A DNA stretch of 64,000 nt. It comes from Alphaproteobacteria bacterium. Its GTDB lineage: Bacteria > Pseudomonadota > Alphaproteobacteria > JAJFIK01. Of the stretch, positions 27,930 through 38,654 are shown piece after piece; within the stretch, counting starts at the first letter, position 1, and every line of letters begins with the position of its first letter. The stretch spans positions 7,697-71,696 of the forward strand of contig JBHJGV010000015.1 in assembly GCA_050331455.1 (NCBI GenBank), in the 5' to 3' direction. The notes under the pieces are model-generated. The model saw only the letters and a program-made list of their open reading frames with translations, ran no database searches and was not told where the DNA came from. A program made the translations under genes and the position numbers.

Positions 27930-29390
27930 TCAACCGACGCTGCCCTCGAGCGAGATGCCCACCAGCTTTTGGGCCTCCACCGCGAATTCCATGGGGAGCT
28001 GCTGAAGCACCTCCCGCGCGAAGCCGTTGACGATCAGGGCCAGGGCCTCTTCCTCGTCAATACCCCGTTGCAGACAATAAAAAAGCTGGTCATCGCTGAT
28101 CTTGGACGTTGTCGCTTCGTGTTCGATCTGGGCACCCGGATTGCGGCTCTCGATATAAGGTACGGTATGGGCCCCGCACCGGTCGCCGATCAGCAGCGAG
28201 TCGCATTGGGTGAAGTTCCGGGCGTTGGCCGCCTTTGGATGCACACTGACGAGCCCGCGATAGGTATTCTGGGCCCGGCCCGCGGAAATGCCCTTGGAGA
28301 TGATCCGGGATCGGGTGTTACGGCCCAGATGAATCATCTTTGTACCGGTATCCGCCTGCTGCATATTGTTCGTGATGGCAATGGAATAAAATTCCCCAAC
28401 CGAATTGTCGCCCTGCAGCACACAGCTTGGATATTTCCAGGTGATCGCCGAACCTGTTTCGACCTGGGTCCAGGAAATCTTGGAGTTGTGACCGCGGCAG
28501 GCCCCGCGCTTGGTCACGAAATTGTAGATGCCGCCCTTGCCGTCCTCATCACCCGGATACCAGTTCTGGACCGTCGAATATTTGATTTCCGCATCGTCCA
28601 GGGTGACAAGCTCCACCACGGCCGCGTGGAGCTGATGCTCATCGCGCATGGGCGCCGTACAGCCCTCCAGATAGCTGACATAGGAGCCCTTGTCAGCGAT
28701 GATCAGGGTGCGCTCGAACTGGCCCGTCTCCGCATCATTGATCCGGAAATAGGTGGACAGTTCCATGGGGCAGCGTACGCCGGGTGGGATGTACACGAAT
28801 GACCCGTCCGTGAACACCGCACTGTTCAGCGTGGCGAAATAATTGTCCGTGATGGGCACCACGGACCCGAGATATTTTCGCACCAGCTCCGGATAGGTCT
28901 GCACCGCCTCGGATATGGAACAGAAGATGACGCCCGCCTCGGCGAGCTTGGCCTTGAAGGTTGTCGCCACAGACACGCTGTCGAACACCGCATCCACGGC
29001 CACACCCGCCAGGCGCTCCTGTTCCGCCAGCGGAATGCCAAGTTTTTCGTAAGTCCGCAGCAACTCCGGATCCACCTCATCGAGGCTTTTTGGCCCGTCT
29101 TCCTTGGATTTGGGCGCGGAATAGTAATAGGCGTCCTGGTAGTCAATCGGCGGATAGCCAATTTTGGCCCAGTTGGGCTCGGCCAGGGACTGCCACCGCT
29201 CGAAAGCCTTCAGGCGCCATTCGAGCAGCCAGTCCGGCTCGTTCTTCTTGGCGGAAATGAAGCGGATGACGTCGGTATTCAGACCCTTGGGAGCCCGTTC
29301 CGTATCGATCTGCGTCGTAAACCCATATTTGTAGCGCTCGCCGAGCTTTTGAACTTCGTCAACCGTGTCCTGGACAGGAGCCATGGACAT
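27930..29390 (-). CDS. sufB: Fe-S cluster assembly scaffold SufB
   Basis: About 486 aa with highly conserved SufB core ([24 protein letters not shown]...). Confidence 0.95.
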   Translation of the reverse strand: MSMAPVQDTVDEVQKLGERYKYGFTTQIDTERAPKGLNTDVIRFISAKKNEPDWLLEWRLKAFERWQSLAEPNWAKIGYPPIDYQDAYYYSAPKSKEDGPKSLDEVDPELLRTYEKLGIPLAEQERLAGVAVDAVFDSVSVATTFKAKLAEAGVIFCSISEAVQTYPELVRKYLGSVVPITDNYFATLNSAVFTDGSFVYIPPGVRCPMELSTYFRINDAETGQFERTLIIADKGSYVSYLEGCTAPMRDEHQLHAAVVELVTLDDAEIKYSTVQNWYPGDEDGKGGIYNFVTKRGACRGHNSKISWTQVETGSAITWKYPSCVLQGDNSVGEFYSIAITNNMQQADTGTKMIHLGRNTRSRIISKGISAGRAQNTYRGLVSVHPKAANARNFTQCDSLLIGDRCGAHTVPYIESRNPGAQIEHEATTSKISDDQLFYCLQRGIDEEEALALIVNGFAREVLQQLPMEFAVEAQKLVGISLEGSVG

Positions 29391-29396
29391 CCTCCT

Positions 29397-30596
29397 TTAT
29401 GAAACTGCTTGAACAGGGCGCCGATCCCCGCCGGCGGGGGCACCGTCGCCCACCGTCCGCCGCGCCCGCCACCGCTGATAGTGATCCGTCCACGCCGCAA
29501 GGCAACGGCTCAGGTCGTCTTCCCGACTTGCCCAACCCAGGGAGAGGCGTATGGCACTGTTTGACAGGTCGTCCGCCTGGCCCATGGCGGCAAGGACCGC
29601 GCTTCGCGCCACTTTGCCACTGGAACACGCCGCCCCGGAACTCACGGACACACCGGCGAGGTCGAGGGCCATGACCTGGGTTTCGCCCGTGAGCCCCGGC
29701 ACGGCAAAACACGTGGTGTTCGCCAGCCGCGGCGCCCGGGCGCCAAAAATGACGGCCTCGGGAGCGGCCGCCTTCAGCCCGGCCTCGAAACGATCCCGCC
29801 AGTCCGCCAGCGGATGATCATCCGACGCCGCGGCGTCCAGGGCCGCCGCCAGACCGGCAATCGCCGGAACATTTTCCGTACCCGACCGCCGACCCAGTTC
29901 CTGGCCGCCCCCGTCGATGACGGGGCTCAACGCCAGACCGGGCCGTGCGTACAGGACCCCGACGCCTGGCGCACCCCCCAGCTTATGACCTGAAAGGGTG
30001 AGGAGATCCACCCCGAGGGCATCGACATCGACCGGGATCCGCCCCACGGTCTGGACCGCATCCGTGTGCACCAGACCGTCCGTATGGGTTTTCACCCTTT
30101 GAACGATTTCCTGAAGGGGCGACAGGACGCCGGTCTCGTTGTTGGCGTGCATGACCGAAACGAGGGGCCGATGCCCCTGCGCAGCGCAGGCCTTTAAAAG
30201 CTGATCGAGATGATCGAGATCGGCCAGACCGTCGGGCCCGACCCGCAGGCTGTGCATCGGCACGTCAAGCCGTGACGCGGGGGCCCGGACGGCATCATGC
30301 TCCGTTGCCCCGATGATCAGCCTATCGACAAGTCCGGCCCGCACGGGTCCCGCAAGGGCCAGACCGTTGGCCTCGGTCCCGCCGCTGGCGAAGATCAGCG
30401 TTTCCGGCGCAGCATTGAGACGGGCGCCGATCCGTGCCCGGCTCCGCTCCACGAGGCCCCGCGCCCGGCGGCCGATGCTGTGGACCGAAGACGGGTTGCC
30501 ACCCTGGAGAAGAGCATCGCGCAGGGCATCGATGACGACGGGACGGACCGGTGACGTGGCGTTGTAATCGAGATAGATCCGGTCACCCTCCATCAA
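29397..30596 (-). CDS. NifS/IscS-like class V cysteine desulfurase (first structural gene of the alphaproteobacterial suf operon)
   Basis: IYLDYNATSP, PLP-lysine LSGHKLGGAPGVG, SSGAACSSG active-site Cys loop. Confidence 0.9.
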   Translation of the reverse strand: MMEGDRIYLDYNATSPVRPVVIDALRDALLQGGNPSSVHSIGRRARGLVERSRARIGARLNAAPETLIFASGGTEANGLALAGPVRAGLVDRLIIGATEHDAVRAPASRLDVPMHSLRVGPDGLADLDHLDQLLKACAAQGHRPLVSVMHANNETGVLSPLQEIVQRVKTHTDGLVHTDAVQTVGRIPVDVDALGVDLLTLSGHKLGGAPGVGVLYARPGLALSPVIDGGGQELGRRSGTENVPAIAGLAAALDAAASDDHPLADWRDRFEAGLKAAAPEAVIFGARAPRLANTTCFAVPGLTGETQVMALDLAGVSVSSGAACSSGKVARSAVLAAMGQADDLSNSAIRLSLGWASREDDLSRCLAAWTDHYQRWRARRTVGDGAPAGGDRRPVQAVS

Positions 30597-30599
30597 GCG

Positions 30600-31049
30600 T
30601 CACTCCGCTGCCAATCCGGGATCCGTACTGCGCCCCAGGACACGCCGGTGCACGACGTCGCTGAGCGAGACGGAACTCAAAAAGATGTGGATCTGCCGGG
30701 TCAGTTCTTCCCACAGATCGTGGGTGATGCAACGCGCGCCGGTGCCCGTGCAGCCGGCCGCCGTCGCCGGATCGCAGCGGGTCGCCTTGATCGGTTCGTC
30801 CACGGCCAGAATGATGTCAGACACCCGTGTGTCCTCCGCATCATGGGCCAAGCGATACCCGCCACCGGGACCCCGAACGCTGACCACGAGGCCGTGCCGC
30901 CGCAACTTGGCGAACAACTGCTCCAGATAGGACAGCGAAATCCCTTGGCGCTGGGCAATGTCGGCCAGGGCAACCGGGCGTTCACCCCCGGTCTTTGCCA
31001 GATCCGCCATGGCCATAACCGCATACCGTCCGCGTGTGCTCAATTTCAC
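30600..31049 (-). CDS. iscR: Rrf2-family Fe-S-responsive transcriptional regulator (IscR-like)
   Basis: N-terminal wHTH MKLSTRGRYAVMAMADLA... and a Cys cluster with His (CDPATAAGCTGTGARCITHD) typical of cluster-ligating Rrf2 regulators. Lies directly upstream of the suf genes. Confidence 0.88.
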   Translation of the reverse strand: MKLSTRGRYAVMAMADLAKTGGERPVALADIAQRQGISLSYLEQLFAKLRRHGLVVSVRGPGGGYRLAHDAEDTRVSDIILAVDEPIKATRCDPATAAGCTGTGARCITHDLWEELTRQIHIFLSSVSLSDVVHRRVLGRSTDPGLAAE

Positions 31050-31297
31050 TGCCCAAGATCCTTGTTGTCAGACCCCGGCCCGATCCCTTTGACAGCGCGC
31101 CCCTTGGAGCCAATCCCCGGACCGAAGACCAGCGTGTTTCGCGCTGCTTGCCTTTTGTCGCCACCTTCATGGTAAAGACGCCTATGCGTCACCACTCCCG
31201 TGCGATGTCGGCAGGACCAGAGGTAATTACCCAAGCCCGAAGGTCAAGTTTTATCGCCTCACTATAGATTAGCGAACCCGGGGCGCTGCGCCATCCA

Positions 31298-31312
31298 TAT
31301 AGGAAAGTCCTA
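31298..31312. promoter_or_regulatory. Perfect 6-3-6 palindrome ATAGGAAAGTCCTAT in the divergent iscR-suf / hydrolase promoter region
   Basis: Read directly within the relatively AT-rich divergent intergenic region. It is a candidate dimeric regulator operator; no regulator has been assigned to it. Confidence 0.3.
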
Positions 31313-31378
31313 TCACTCCAATAAGGCTTTCCCCTCCAGACCCGGACGGGGTCCCAGGGAACCGACAGGATCAACGCC

Positions 31379-32047
31379 ATGCCAGAACTCATCATCGCAG
31401 GACCGGGCGGGCGGCTCGAAGCCCGCTACCAGCACGCCGAAACGCCCCAGGGGGCGATCGCCTTGATCCTGCACCCCCACCCCCTCTACGGCGGCAGCAT
31501 GAACAACCGCGTGGTCTATGACCTGTTCTACGCCTTCCACCGGCGCAACTTTTCCGTGATGCGGTTCAATTTTCGCGGGGTCGGGCGCAGCCAGGGGGAA
31601 TTCGACAGCGGGATCGGCGAGCTGTCCGATGCGGCGGCGGCCCTCGACTGGCTGCAGACCTACAACCCCAATGCCCGCAAGTGCTGGATCGCCGGATTTT
31701 CCTTCGGCGCCTGGATCGCCATGCAGCTTCTGATGCGCCGGCCGGAAATCACGGGCTTCATCTCGGTCGCCCCGCCCGCGAACATGTTCGACTTCAGCTT
31801 TCTCGCCCCCTGCCCTGCCTCGGGCCTCATCATCAACGGTACCGACGACCAGGTGGTGCCGCCGGCCGATGTGGAAAAGCTCGCCGAACGGCTGAAAGCG
31901 CAAAAGGGCATCACCATCGACCACCAGACGGTGCCCGGCGCGAACCACTTTTTCGAAAAGAACCTCGACACCCTGATCGGGTCCGTGGAGGACTATGTGG
32001 ATCGGCGCCTGGAGGACATGGCCGCGGCAGCGCCCGCGCCGGAATGA
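31379..32047 (+). CDS. Alpha/beta-fold hydrolase (serine hydrolase, GFSFG nucleophile elbow)
   Basis: GxSxG motif AGFSFGAW, HPHPLYGG region. About 222 aa. Confidence 0.75.
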   Translation: MPELIIAGPGGRLEARYQHAETPQGAIALILHPHPLYGGSMNNRVVYDLFYAFHRRNFSVMRFNFRGVGRSQGEFDSGIGELSDAAAALDWLQTYNPNARKCWIAGFSFGAWIAMQLLMRRPEITGFISVAPPANMFDFSFLAPCPASGLIINGTDDQVVPPADVEKLAERLKAQKGITIDHQTVPGANHFFEKNLDTLIGSVEDYVDRRLEDMAAAAPAPE

Positions 32048-32077
32048 TGCCACGAACGGTTCGGGCCTAACACTCCG

Positions 32078-33235
32078 TCAGGGAACGAACACCTCGCCGC
32101 CGGGGCACGGGGCCGGCACGCCCGTTGTCTCCGGCAGGCTGAGGGGCAGCCCCCGCAGGGCCCGCACTGCCAGATAGGCAAAGGCCTGGGCCTCGATGTC
32201 GTCGCCCCGCCAGCCCATGGCCTCGGCCGCAACGACCCGGCCCGGCAGCCGCGCTTCGAGTGCCTCCATGACGGCCGCATTCTTCCGCCCACCCCCGCAG
32301 ATCACCCAGAGCAGCGGCACGGCAGGCAGATGGTCCGCCCCCCGACGGATGGCCTCCGCCGTAAAGGCCGTCAGGGTCGCCGCCCCGTCTTCCGGAGCCA
32401 GGCCCGCCACGGCATCGTAGCCGAAGTCCAGCCGGTCGAGGGATTTGGGCGGCGGGCGGTCGAACCAGTCCCGATCGAGCATCCGGGCCAGGACGGCTTC
32501 GTCCACGCGGCCGGAGCGGGCAAGCTGTCCGTCCTCGTCCATGTCCGCCCCCGTGATCGCCCGCACCCAATCGTCGATGGGCGCGTTGCCGGGGCCGGTG
32601 TCGAAGGCCGCGACCCGGCCGTCGGTGCCGATCCAGGTGATGTTGGAGACCCCGCCGATATTCACGACGACCATGGGCTCGGGCAGACCGGCCTTGACCG
32701 CCAGCGCCCGGTGATAGAGCGGCGCGAGGGGGGCGCCCTGGCCCCCGGCGGCCAGGTCCGCCTGGCGGAATGCGCCCACGACGGTGCGGCCAAGCGCCCG
32801 GGCGAGGCCCGCCCCGTCGCCGAGCTGGACGGTCCAGCCCTCTTCGGGCCGGTGCAGCACCGTCTGCCCGTGAAAGCCGATCACGCTGATATCCTCAAGG
32901 GCCGGATGATGCTCCCGGGCAAAGGCGCGGATGGCCTCCTCATGGGCGCGGGTGACGGCGCTTCCAGCCGCCTCCCAGAGGGCGCGGGTCGCTGGATCCG
33001 GCCGCTCACCCTTGGGAATGCAGGCCCCGGCTGCCACGGCCTCGCGCAGCACCGCGCGCACCTCCGGCGCAAAGGCGGCGCTGTCGACGGGGCCGAAGGC
33101 ATCGACCGTCAGACCGTCAGTGGTGATGACCGCGAGGTCGATCCCATCCATGGACGTGCCGCTCATCAGGCCCAGGGCGCGCACAGGCCCCGTGCCCCGC
33201 CCGATATCGGCTGTTCCCGTGAGCACCTCGATCAT
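32078..33235 (-). CDS. anmK: Anhydro-N-acetylmuramic acid kinase
   Basis: N-terminus [17 protein letters not shown] characteristic of AnmK. About 385 aa. Confidence 0.9.
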   Translation of the reverse strand: MIEVLTGTADIGRGTGPVRALGLMSGTSMDGIDLAVITTDGLTVDAFGPVDSAAFAPEVRAVLREAVAAGACIPKGERPDPATRALWEAAGSAVTRAHEEAIRAFAREHHPALEDISVIGFHGQTVLHRPEEGWTVQLGDGAGLARALGRTVVGAFRQADLAAGGQGAPLAPLYHRALAVKAGLPEPMVVVNIGGVSNITWIGTDGRVAAFDTGPGNAPIDDWVRAITGADMDEDGQLARSGRVDEAVLARMLDRDWFDRPPPKSLDRLDFGYDAVAGLAPEDGAATLTAFTAEAIRRGADHLPAVPLLWVICGGGRKNAAVMEALEARLPGRVVAAEAMGWRGDDIEAQAFAYLAVRALRGLPLSLPETTGVPAPCPGGEVFVP

Positions 33236-33355
33236 GGCAGTCTCCTGATCCGTCTACACTGTGCCGGGCCCTGTAAGGCCGGCCCGTTCCGGGGAGCCGG
33301 CGGGCGTAAGCCCAAACGCGGTCCCCTCAGAGTGCCCCAATTCCGGAGATCCGTC

Positions 33356-34612
33356 ATGAGCGCCTCTTCATCCGACCTCCTGCACGTCCTGAAGACCCGC
33401 GGGTTCATCCAGGACCTGACCGATGAGGAGGGTATCGTCGAGGCGTTAAAGGAGGGTCCCGTTTCCGGCTATATCGGCTTCGACCTTACGGGCCGCAGCC
33501 TCCATGTGGGCAGCCTCGTCCAGATCATGATCCTGCGCTGGATGCAGCGCTGCGGACACCGGCCCATCGTGCTGATGGGCGGGGGCACGACGCGCATCGG
33601 CGATCCATCGGGCAAGGACGAATCCCGGCCCCTGCTCGACGAGGCCTCGATCCGCGCAAATATGGCAGGCATCCGGAAGGTTTTCGACACGTTCCTGACC
33701 TTCGGCGAGGGCCCCTCGGACGCGGTCATGCTGGACAATTATGACTGGCTGAAGGACCTCAACTATATCGGCTTCCTGAGGGATTACGGGCCCCATTTCA
33801 CGGTCAACCGCATGCTGACCTTCGACAGCGTGAAGCTGCGCCTTGAGCGGGAACAGCCCCTGACCTTCCTCGAATTCAACTACATGCTGTTCCAGGCCTA
33901 TGATTTTCTGGAGCTGTATCGCCGGGAGACCTGCCGCATCCAGTTCGGCGGCTCGGACCAGTGGGGTAACATCATCAACGGTATCGAGCTCGGCCGCCGG
34001 ATCGAGGGGGCCCAGCTTTTCGGCATCACGACCCCGCTGGTGACGACGGCGGACGGCAAGAAAATGGGCAAGACCGCCGCCGGGGCCGTCTGGCTCGATG
34101 GGGACATGCTCTCGCCCTATGACTACTGGCAATTCTGGCGCAATACGGCAGACGCCGATGTGGGCCGGTTCCTGCGTCTGTTCACGGAAATTCCGCTCCG
34201 GGACGTCGCCGAGATGGAGGCCCTGGAAGGCGCGGAGGTGAACGAGGCCAAGAAAATCCTGGCGACCGCTGCCACGGCCATGATCCACGGGCACGAAGAG
34301 GCCGACAAGGCCTGGCGCACGGCCTCGGAGACGTTTGCCGGCAGCGGCGTGTCCGCCGATCTGCCCACGGTGGAGGTGCCCTCGGCGGATCTGTCGGCCG
34401 GCATCCAGGCCTATGCCCTGTTCCACCGGGCCGGCCTCAGCGCATCGGGCAGCGAGGCCCGCCGGCTCATCAAAGGCAGCGGCGCCCGGGTGAACGACGC
34501 GCCCATTGAGGACGACACGAAAATGATCGGCCTCGCGGATGTGACCGGCGACGGCGTGATCAAACTGTCGGCCGGAAAGAAAAAGCACGTGCTGATCAAG
34601 CCCGCACCGTGA
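33356..34612 (+). CDS. tyrS: Tyrosine--tRNA ligase
   Basis: [14 protein letters not shown] (HIGH-type), KMGKT (KMSKS-type) and a C-terminal S4 domain. Only the last 418 codons of the 760-aa track ORF are tyrS. Confidence 0.93.
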   Translation: MSASSSDLLHVLKTRGFIQDLTDEEGIVEALKEGPVSGYIGFDLTGRSLHVGSLVQIMILRWMQRCGHRPIVLMGGGTTRIGDPSGKDESRPLLDEASIRANMAGIRKVFDTFLTFGEGPSDAVMLDNYDWLKDLNYIGFLRDYGPHFTVNRMLTFDSVKLRLEREQPLTFLEFNYMLFQAYDFLELYRRETCRIQFGGSDQWGNIINGIELGRRIEGAQLFGITTPLVTTADGKKMGKTAAGAVWLDGDMLSPYDYWQFWRNTADADVGRFLRLFTEIPLRDVAEMEALEGAEVNEAKKILATAATAMIHGHEEADKAWRTASETFAGSGVSADLPTVEVPSADLSAGIQAYALFHRAGLSASGSEARRLIKGSGARVNDAPIEDDTKMIGLADVTGDGVIKLSAGKKKHVLIKPAP

Positions 34613-34644
34613 CCGGTGGCCCAAAGAAGCAAGACAGGCCCCAG

Positions 34645-34680
34645 CGCCGCGCGTGAGACCCTGGGCCGCGCGTGAGACCC
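34645..34680. repeat. 16-bp direct repeat (gccgcgcgtgagaccc) x2 separated by 3 bp, immediately downstream of tyrS
   Basis: Read directly at the boundary of the lower-GC islet. Confidence 0.8.
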
Positions 34681-34714
34681 GGAGAGGACGCCATGGGCAA
34701 AACACATTCACGAT

Positions 34715-34921
34715 GTGACCGGCCGCGTGGTGTCGATCATCGGCGGCAGCTTGGGCTTGGGCCGGGACTTGGACGCCTCCCATATGCGGGCTTGGGACAC
34801 CCTTGCGTTGGCGCGTGGGGGACAGCCGGACGAGATCACCGCCGCCGCCCTTTACTGCGTCCGCGACCACGCCGGCGACACCACCGGCGCGCTCCTGCGG
34901 ATTGACGGCCGCTCACAGTGA
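34715..34921 (+). pseudogene. Short-chain dehydrogenase/reductase C-terminal remnant (gene fragment)
   Basis: The 68-aa ORF ends in GGQPDEITAAALYCVRDHAGDTTGALLRIDG, which is the conserved C-terminal SDR segment. No upstream Rossmann portion exists in any frame. Confidence 0.5.
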
Positions 34922-35020
34922 GGCAAACCGCCGGCAATCACGCCGGGAGCCGCAAGAGCAATCGGTTTTCGTGCTCCGCAGGGCAGGACCGGCCCACCCC
35001 ACGGATCATCCGATTAAGGA

Positions 35021-35392
35021 TCAGTGATGGTGTTCCGCTGCGTCGGCTTCGGCCTTGGTGCGGTGGACGGTGCCCTTGGCGTGTTCCGCCGGCGCATAAA
35101 CCGTGAAGAGCTTAAGGGGCACCGATCCCGTATTGATGAAATTGTGCTCGGCGCCGGCCGGCACCACGAACAGGCTGCCCTCGCCGATGGGCGCCTTTTC
35201 GCCCTCGATCACGGCCTCTCCCTCGCCGTCGATGAAGACGAGGATCTGGTCGAGGTCGTGCACTTCCATGCCGATGTCCTGGCCGGGCTCCACACTCATG
35301 ATCACCACCTGGCTGTAGCGGTTGGTGATCAGTTCCCGGCGAAAATCCGTGCCCTGCTTCGCCAGTGCGATAATGTTCTGGATGTGATCCAT
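35021..35392 (-). CDS. Cupin-domain protein
   Basis: 123 aa with cupin beta-barrel motifs (GMEVHDLDQILVFIDGEGEAVIEG, PAGAEHNFINTG). Lower GC than its surroundings. Confidence 0.7.
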   Translation of the reverse strand: MDHIQNIIALAKQGTDFRRELITNRYSQVVIMSVEPGQDIGMEVHDLDQILVFIDGEGEAVIEGEKAPIGEGSLFVVPAGAEHNFINTGSVPLKLFTVYAPAEHAKGTVHRTKAEADAAEHHH

Positions 35393-35439
35393 GCTCCGTC
35401 TCCTTGTACCCTATGGAACCGGCGGACGGACACGCACCT

Positions 35440-36381
35440 TTAGGAGCGGGCCCGGCTGAAATCGATCCCCAGATAGTTCTGCGGTCCGGGGATGAAAATC
35501 TTCTGCCAGAAATTCTTGCGCTTGAAGGGCATGCTCGCCACCGTCAGCACCGAGTGTATCTTCTGATAGGGCGTCATGGTGGAGGCGCGAATGGCCGCAA
35601 TATAGTTCTTCACCATTTCCACCTGGGCGATGGACCTCACGGGCGACTTGCTGTCGATCCACTTGTTTTTCTGCACCCGGCTTTGGAAGAAACTCATTTT
35701 CGGGTGCACGCGCTTGTTGAACAGATCCTCCTGAATTTGTTTCCACTTGCCGACAATCGCCGATTCCGCGAGCAGGACCTTGTCGGCGCCGTAATAGCTG
35801 CGCTGCAGCTCCGAGGTCTCCAGGAAGGTCCGGCGGAACAGGCCGAAGACCTGAAGGCACCAGCACACGTCCAGCAGCACGCTCTTGAAGCGCAGATCGG
35901 CCCGCTTCTGCTCGGCGATCCGCGCCCCGTCCTCGCCCATGAACCGGTTGCCATGCCGGTCTTCATATTCGTTCTTCGCGGCATCGTAGATGAGCCGGTT
36001 GCCCTCCATGTCGAGCATGTTGAGCCGGGTATAGGACAGAACCACGTCCGGATCGTTGTCGAGGGCCTCCACGCAGCGCTCGAGCCAGGTCGGCTCGTAA
36101 TAGTCGTCATGGGCATGCCAGGCGAAATACTGGCCCGTGGACTCGTGGAAGGTCTTGTTGAAGTTCGGCGAGGCACCCAGATTTTCCGGATTGCGTATAT
36201 ACCGGATGCGCGGATCACGCGCGGCAAAGCTCTCGCAGATCTCCTGCGTGTCGTCCGTGGACGCATTATCGCAGATGACCACTTCGAAATCCGTATAGGT
36301 CTGGGCCAGGATCGCTTCGAGGGCCGATCCCACATAGTTCGAGCCGTTATAGACGGGCAGTCCGATGGAAACTTTAGGCAT
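35440..36381 (-). CDS. Family 2 glycosyltransferase
   Basis: N-terminal GT-A motifs: SIGLPVYNGSNYVGSALEAILAQTY, DFEVVICDNASTD, DxD-like HDDY. GC is about 57-58% against about 67% in the neighbouring core genes. Confidence 0.85.
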   Translation of the reverse strand: MPKVSIGLPVYNGSNYVGSALEAILAQTYTDFEVVICDNASTDDTQEICESFAARDPRIRYIRNPENLGASPNFNKTFHESTGQYFAWHAHDDYYEPTWLERCVEALDNDPDVVLSYTRLNMLDMEGNRLIYDAAKNEYEDRHGNRFMGEDGARIAEQKRADLRFKSVLLDVCWCLQVFGLFRRTFLETSELQRSYYGADKVLLAESAIVGKWKQIQEDLFNKRVHPKMSFFQSRVQKNKWIDSKSPVRSIAQVEMVKNYIAAIRASTMTPYQKIHSVLTVASMPFKRKNFWQKIFIPGPQNYLGIDFSRARS

Positions 36382-36482
36382 CCGTGTCCCCGTATGTCAT
36401 GGGTGGAAGGGCGCGCCTCAGCCGCCTGCTCGGCCCGTGTCTTTGCAGGAATGCCATGGCAAATCAACCGAGGGCGCGCAGA

Positions 36483-38654
36483 TCAGCGGGCCCCGGGCCG
36501 GTAGCGGGCCGTGTGGCCGTCAAGGATGTCTGCCCGATCGAGCTTGACGGGCCGCATGTCCTCGGCGGCGAACAACGGCGTCTGGTCGGCGTAATGGGGC
36601 GATGTGGCATCCAAGGTCGCGCTGCCATAGGGGTGGACGGACCGGGCGGAAACGGTGCCGTCCTCGTCCCACTCCACGAAGATGACCAGCGTGTCACCGG
36701 CCGCGATATAGAGCCGCCCGTCATCCTGGATCCGCGCCGGATAGGCCGCCCGCAGGATGTCCGGACCGCCGGACAGGGGCAGGTCGATGGTGCCGCGCTT
36801 GATGCGGTTGACCGCGCCCCAGGACGGATCGAAGCGTCCGTGATGCTGCTCCAGCCACGCCACCGCTTCTCGGAACGCGTCCGCCGGCGCAGGCGCCGGG
36901 CGTCCGGTCAGCGGCTCGGTGACCGCATAGAGGGTGGACAGGACACCGAGGGCCGCATGGGTGCTGTCCTTGTTGGTCTGGAAATCCCAGTCGGCCAGGT
37001 GACGGGCCGCGGCGGCGAGGTCCGGCTCGCCCGACCAGTCCTCGGCAAGGATGGCCCGGACCGTGCGCACCGCGGTCGAGCCTTCCGCAAACCCCTTGTC
37101 ATATTTGACGGCGCTGAGGGCCGGCCCGTTCAGGACCGTATCCGGTGTCACGAGTTCCTGGATGCGCAGGCTGCGATTGGTCTCGCCCGTCTGCAGACCC
37201 ATGGTGGCGGAGAAATCCTCCGGCTTTAGATTATCCGGCCCGTCCGTGGCGGAAAAGGGCGTGTTGTTGGCGTTGAAGACGAAGCCGGAGACCGGGTCGA
37301 ACAGTTTCGGCACCGCATCGAAGGGTTTGAAGCCCTGCCAGATCAGGTCGGAGCGATCGCCGGGCAGATCCTTGGTCCAATCCCAACCCTCAAGACGATC
37401 CGGAAACAGACCGTTATGAAGATACCCGACGGCGCCGGTCTTGTCCGCATAGATATAGTTTATGCTCGGAAAGGCTTGGCGTGCCATGGCCTGAAGCCAT
37501 TCTGCACGGGTTGAGGCCTTGTTGATCCCCAAATACTGGTCGAGCTGGCGCGCCTCGCCCATACCCGCGTAGCGTACGGCAAAGGCGCCCTTGTCGGTCT
37601 CGATCACCGGGCCATGCCGGCTGCGTTTGACGGGACGCGTGGCCGTGAAGGCGAAGGGACCGAACAGGCGGATCTCGATGGTCGCGTCTTGCACCTCATA
37701 ATCGAGCCACTGGCCATCGAGCCTGTACTGATCATCCCGCTTCGGATCGGTGACGAGCGCATAGACATCCACAAGGTCCGGCCGGTTCACCGTGGCCGCC
37801 CAGCCCAGATCCCTGTTGAAGCCGTGGAGAATGAGGGGCGTGCCCGGAAAGAGGCCGCCATAAATGTCGAGCCCTTCCTTGCTCACCAAATGCGCCTCAT
37901 ACCAGGCCACGGGACCATCCAGGGGCTGGTGGGAATTGACCACGAGATGGGTCTTGCCATCCGTGGAGCGGTCCGAAGAGAGGGCGAAGGCGTTCGAACC
38001 TTCCGGGGCCATGTCCGTGGGCTGCACGGTCAGGCTGGAGCCGTCCGTGCCCGGCGCCCGGGCCAGTTCGCGGGCTCCCTGGCCGGTGAACAAGGACACA
38101 AAGACACCGTCGAGGCCATAGAACAGGGGCGTGCGCAACACGAATCCCGAAATCAGGTCTTCCGCCGTGAAGGGCAGCAGGCCACGCCAGGTCTCATCGA
38201 GATGATCGGCCGCATAGAGATTGAGCCCATCCGCATAGGCCCGGGCGATCGCCTTTGCGTCCTCACTCAAAACCTCTCCGCTCGGCCCGTCGGCGAGGCC
38301 TTTGAGCGCCGTCTCGCGCACCTGGAGCAGGGCGACAAGATAATCCGTCGCCGCCGCATCGACGCCTTTGTAGCGGGCGAGCACGCCGCGGGTCGCCGCC
38401 ACCGAGTCCTGAATGGTCTGGAAATCATCTTCGGCATGGGCATAGGCGAGGCCGAACACCGTGTCCCGGTCCCGCTCGCCAAAAACATGGGGAATGCCCC
38501 ACGCGTCCCGGATGATCTCGACATCATAAGCCTTGGCCGCCTCGCGATAGGGCGCGGGATCGGGATGGGCTGGCAGGGGTGACCACAAATAGACGCCGGC
38601 ACACACCAGCACGATGGCGACCAAACCCGCCACACCCGTCAAAATCCGCCTCAT
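36483..38654 (-). CDS. Penicillin-amidase/acylase family Ntn-hydrolase (possible acyl-homoserine-lactone acylase)
   Basis: N-terminal signal/TM (MRRILTGVAGLVAIVLV), processing-site nucleophile GSNAFALS and conserved beta-subunit regions. Start moved to MRRIL. Confidence 0.85.
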   Translation of the reverse strand: MRRILTGVAGLVAIVLVCAGVYLWSPLPAHPDPAPYREAAKAYDVEIIRDAWGIPHVFGERDRDTVFGLAYAHAEDDFQTIQDSVAATRGVLARYKGVDAAATDYLVALLQVRETALKGLADGPSGEVLSEDAKAIARAYADGLNLYAADHLDETWRGLLPFTAEDLISGFVLRTPLFYGLDGVFVSLFTGQGARELARAPGTDGSSLTVQPTDMAPEGSNAFALSSDRSTDGKTHLVVNSHQPLDGPVAWYEAHLVSKEGLDIYGGLFPGTPLILHGFNRDLGWAATVNRPDLVDVYALVTDPKRDDQYRLDGQWLDYEVQDATIEIRLFGPFAFTATRPVKRSRHGPVIETDKGAFAVRYAGMGEARQLDQYLGINKASTRAEWLQAMARQAFPSINYIYADKTGAVGYLHNGLFPDRLEGWDWTKDLPGDRSDLIWQGFKPFDAVPKLFDPVSGFVFNANNTPFSATDGPDNLKPEDFSATMGLQTGETNRSLRIQELVTPDTVLNGPALSAVKYDKGFAEGSTAVRTVRAILAEDWSGEPDLAAAARHLADWDFQTNKDSTHAALGVLSTLYAVTEPLTGRPAPAPADAFREAVAWLEQHHGRFDPSWGAVNRIKRGTIDLPLSGGPDILRAAYPARIQDDGRLYIAAGDTLVIFVEWDEDGTVSARSVHPYGSATLDATSPHYADQTPLFAAEDMRPVKLDRADILDGHTARYRPGAR

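Noticed and set aside
32330-34612. 760-aa ORF apparently extending tyrS far upstream
   Set aside because: Only the last 418 codons (from MSASSSDLL at 33356) match TyrS. The upstream part is antisense to anmK and has no homology. It is a run-through of an open frame.
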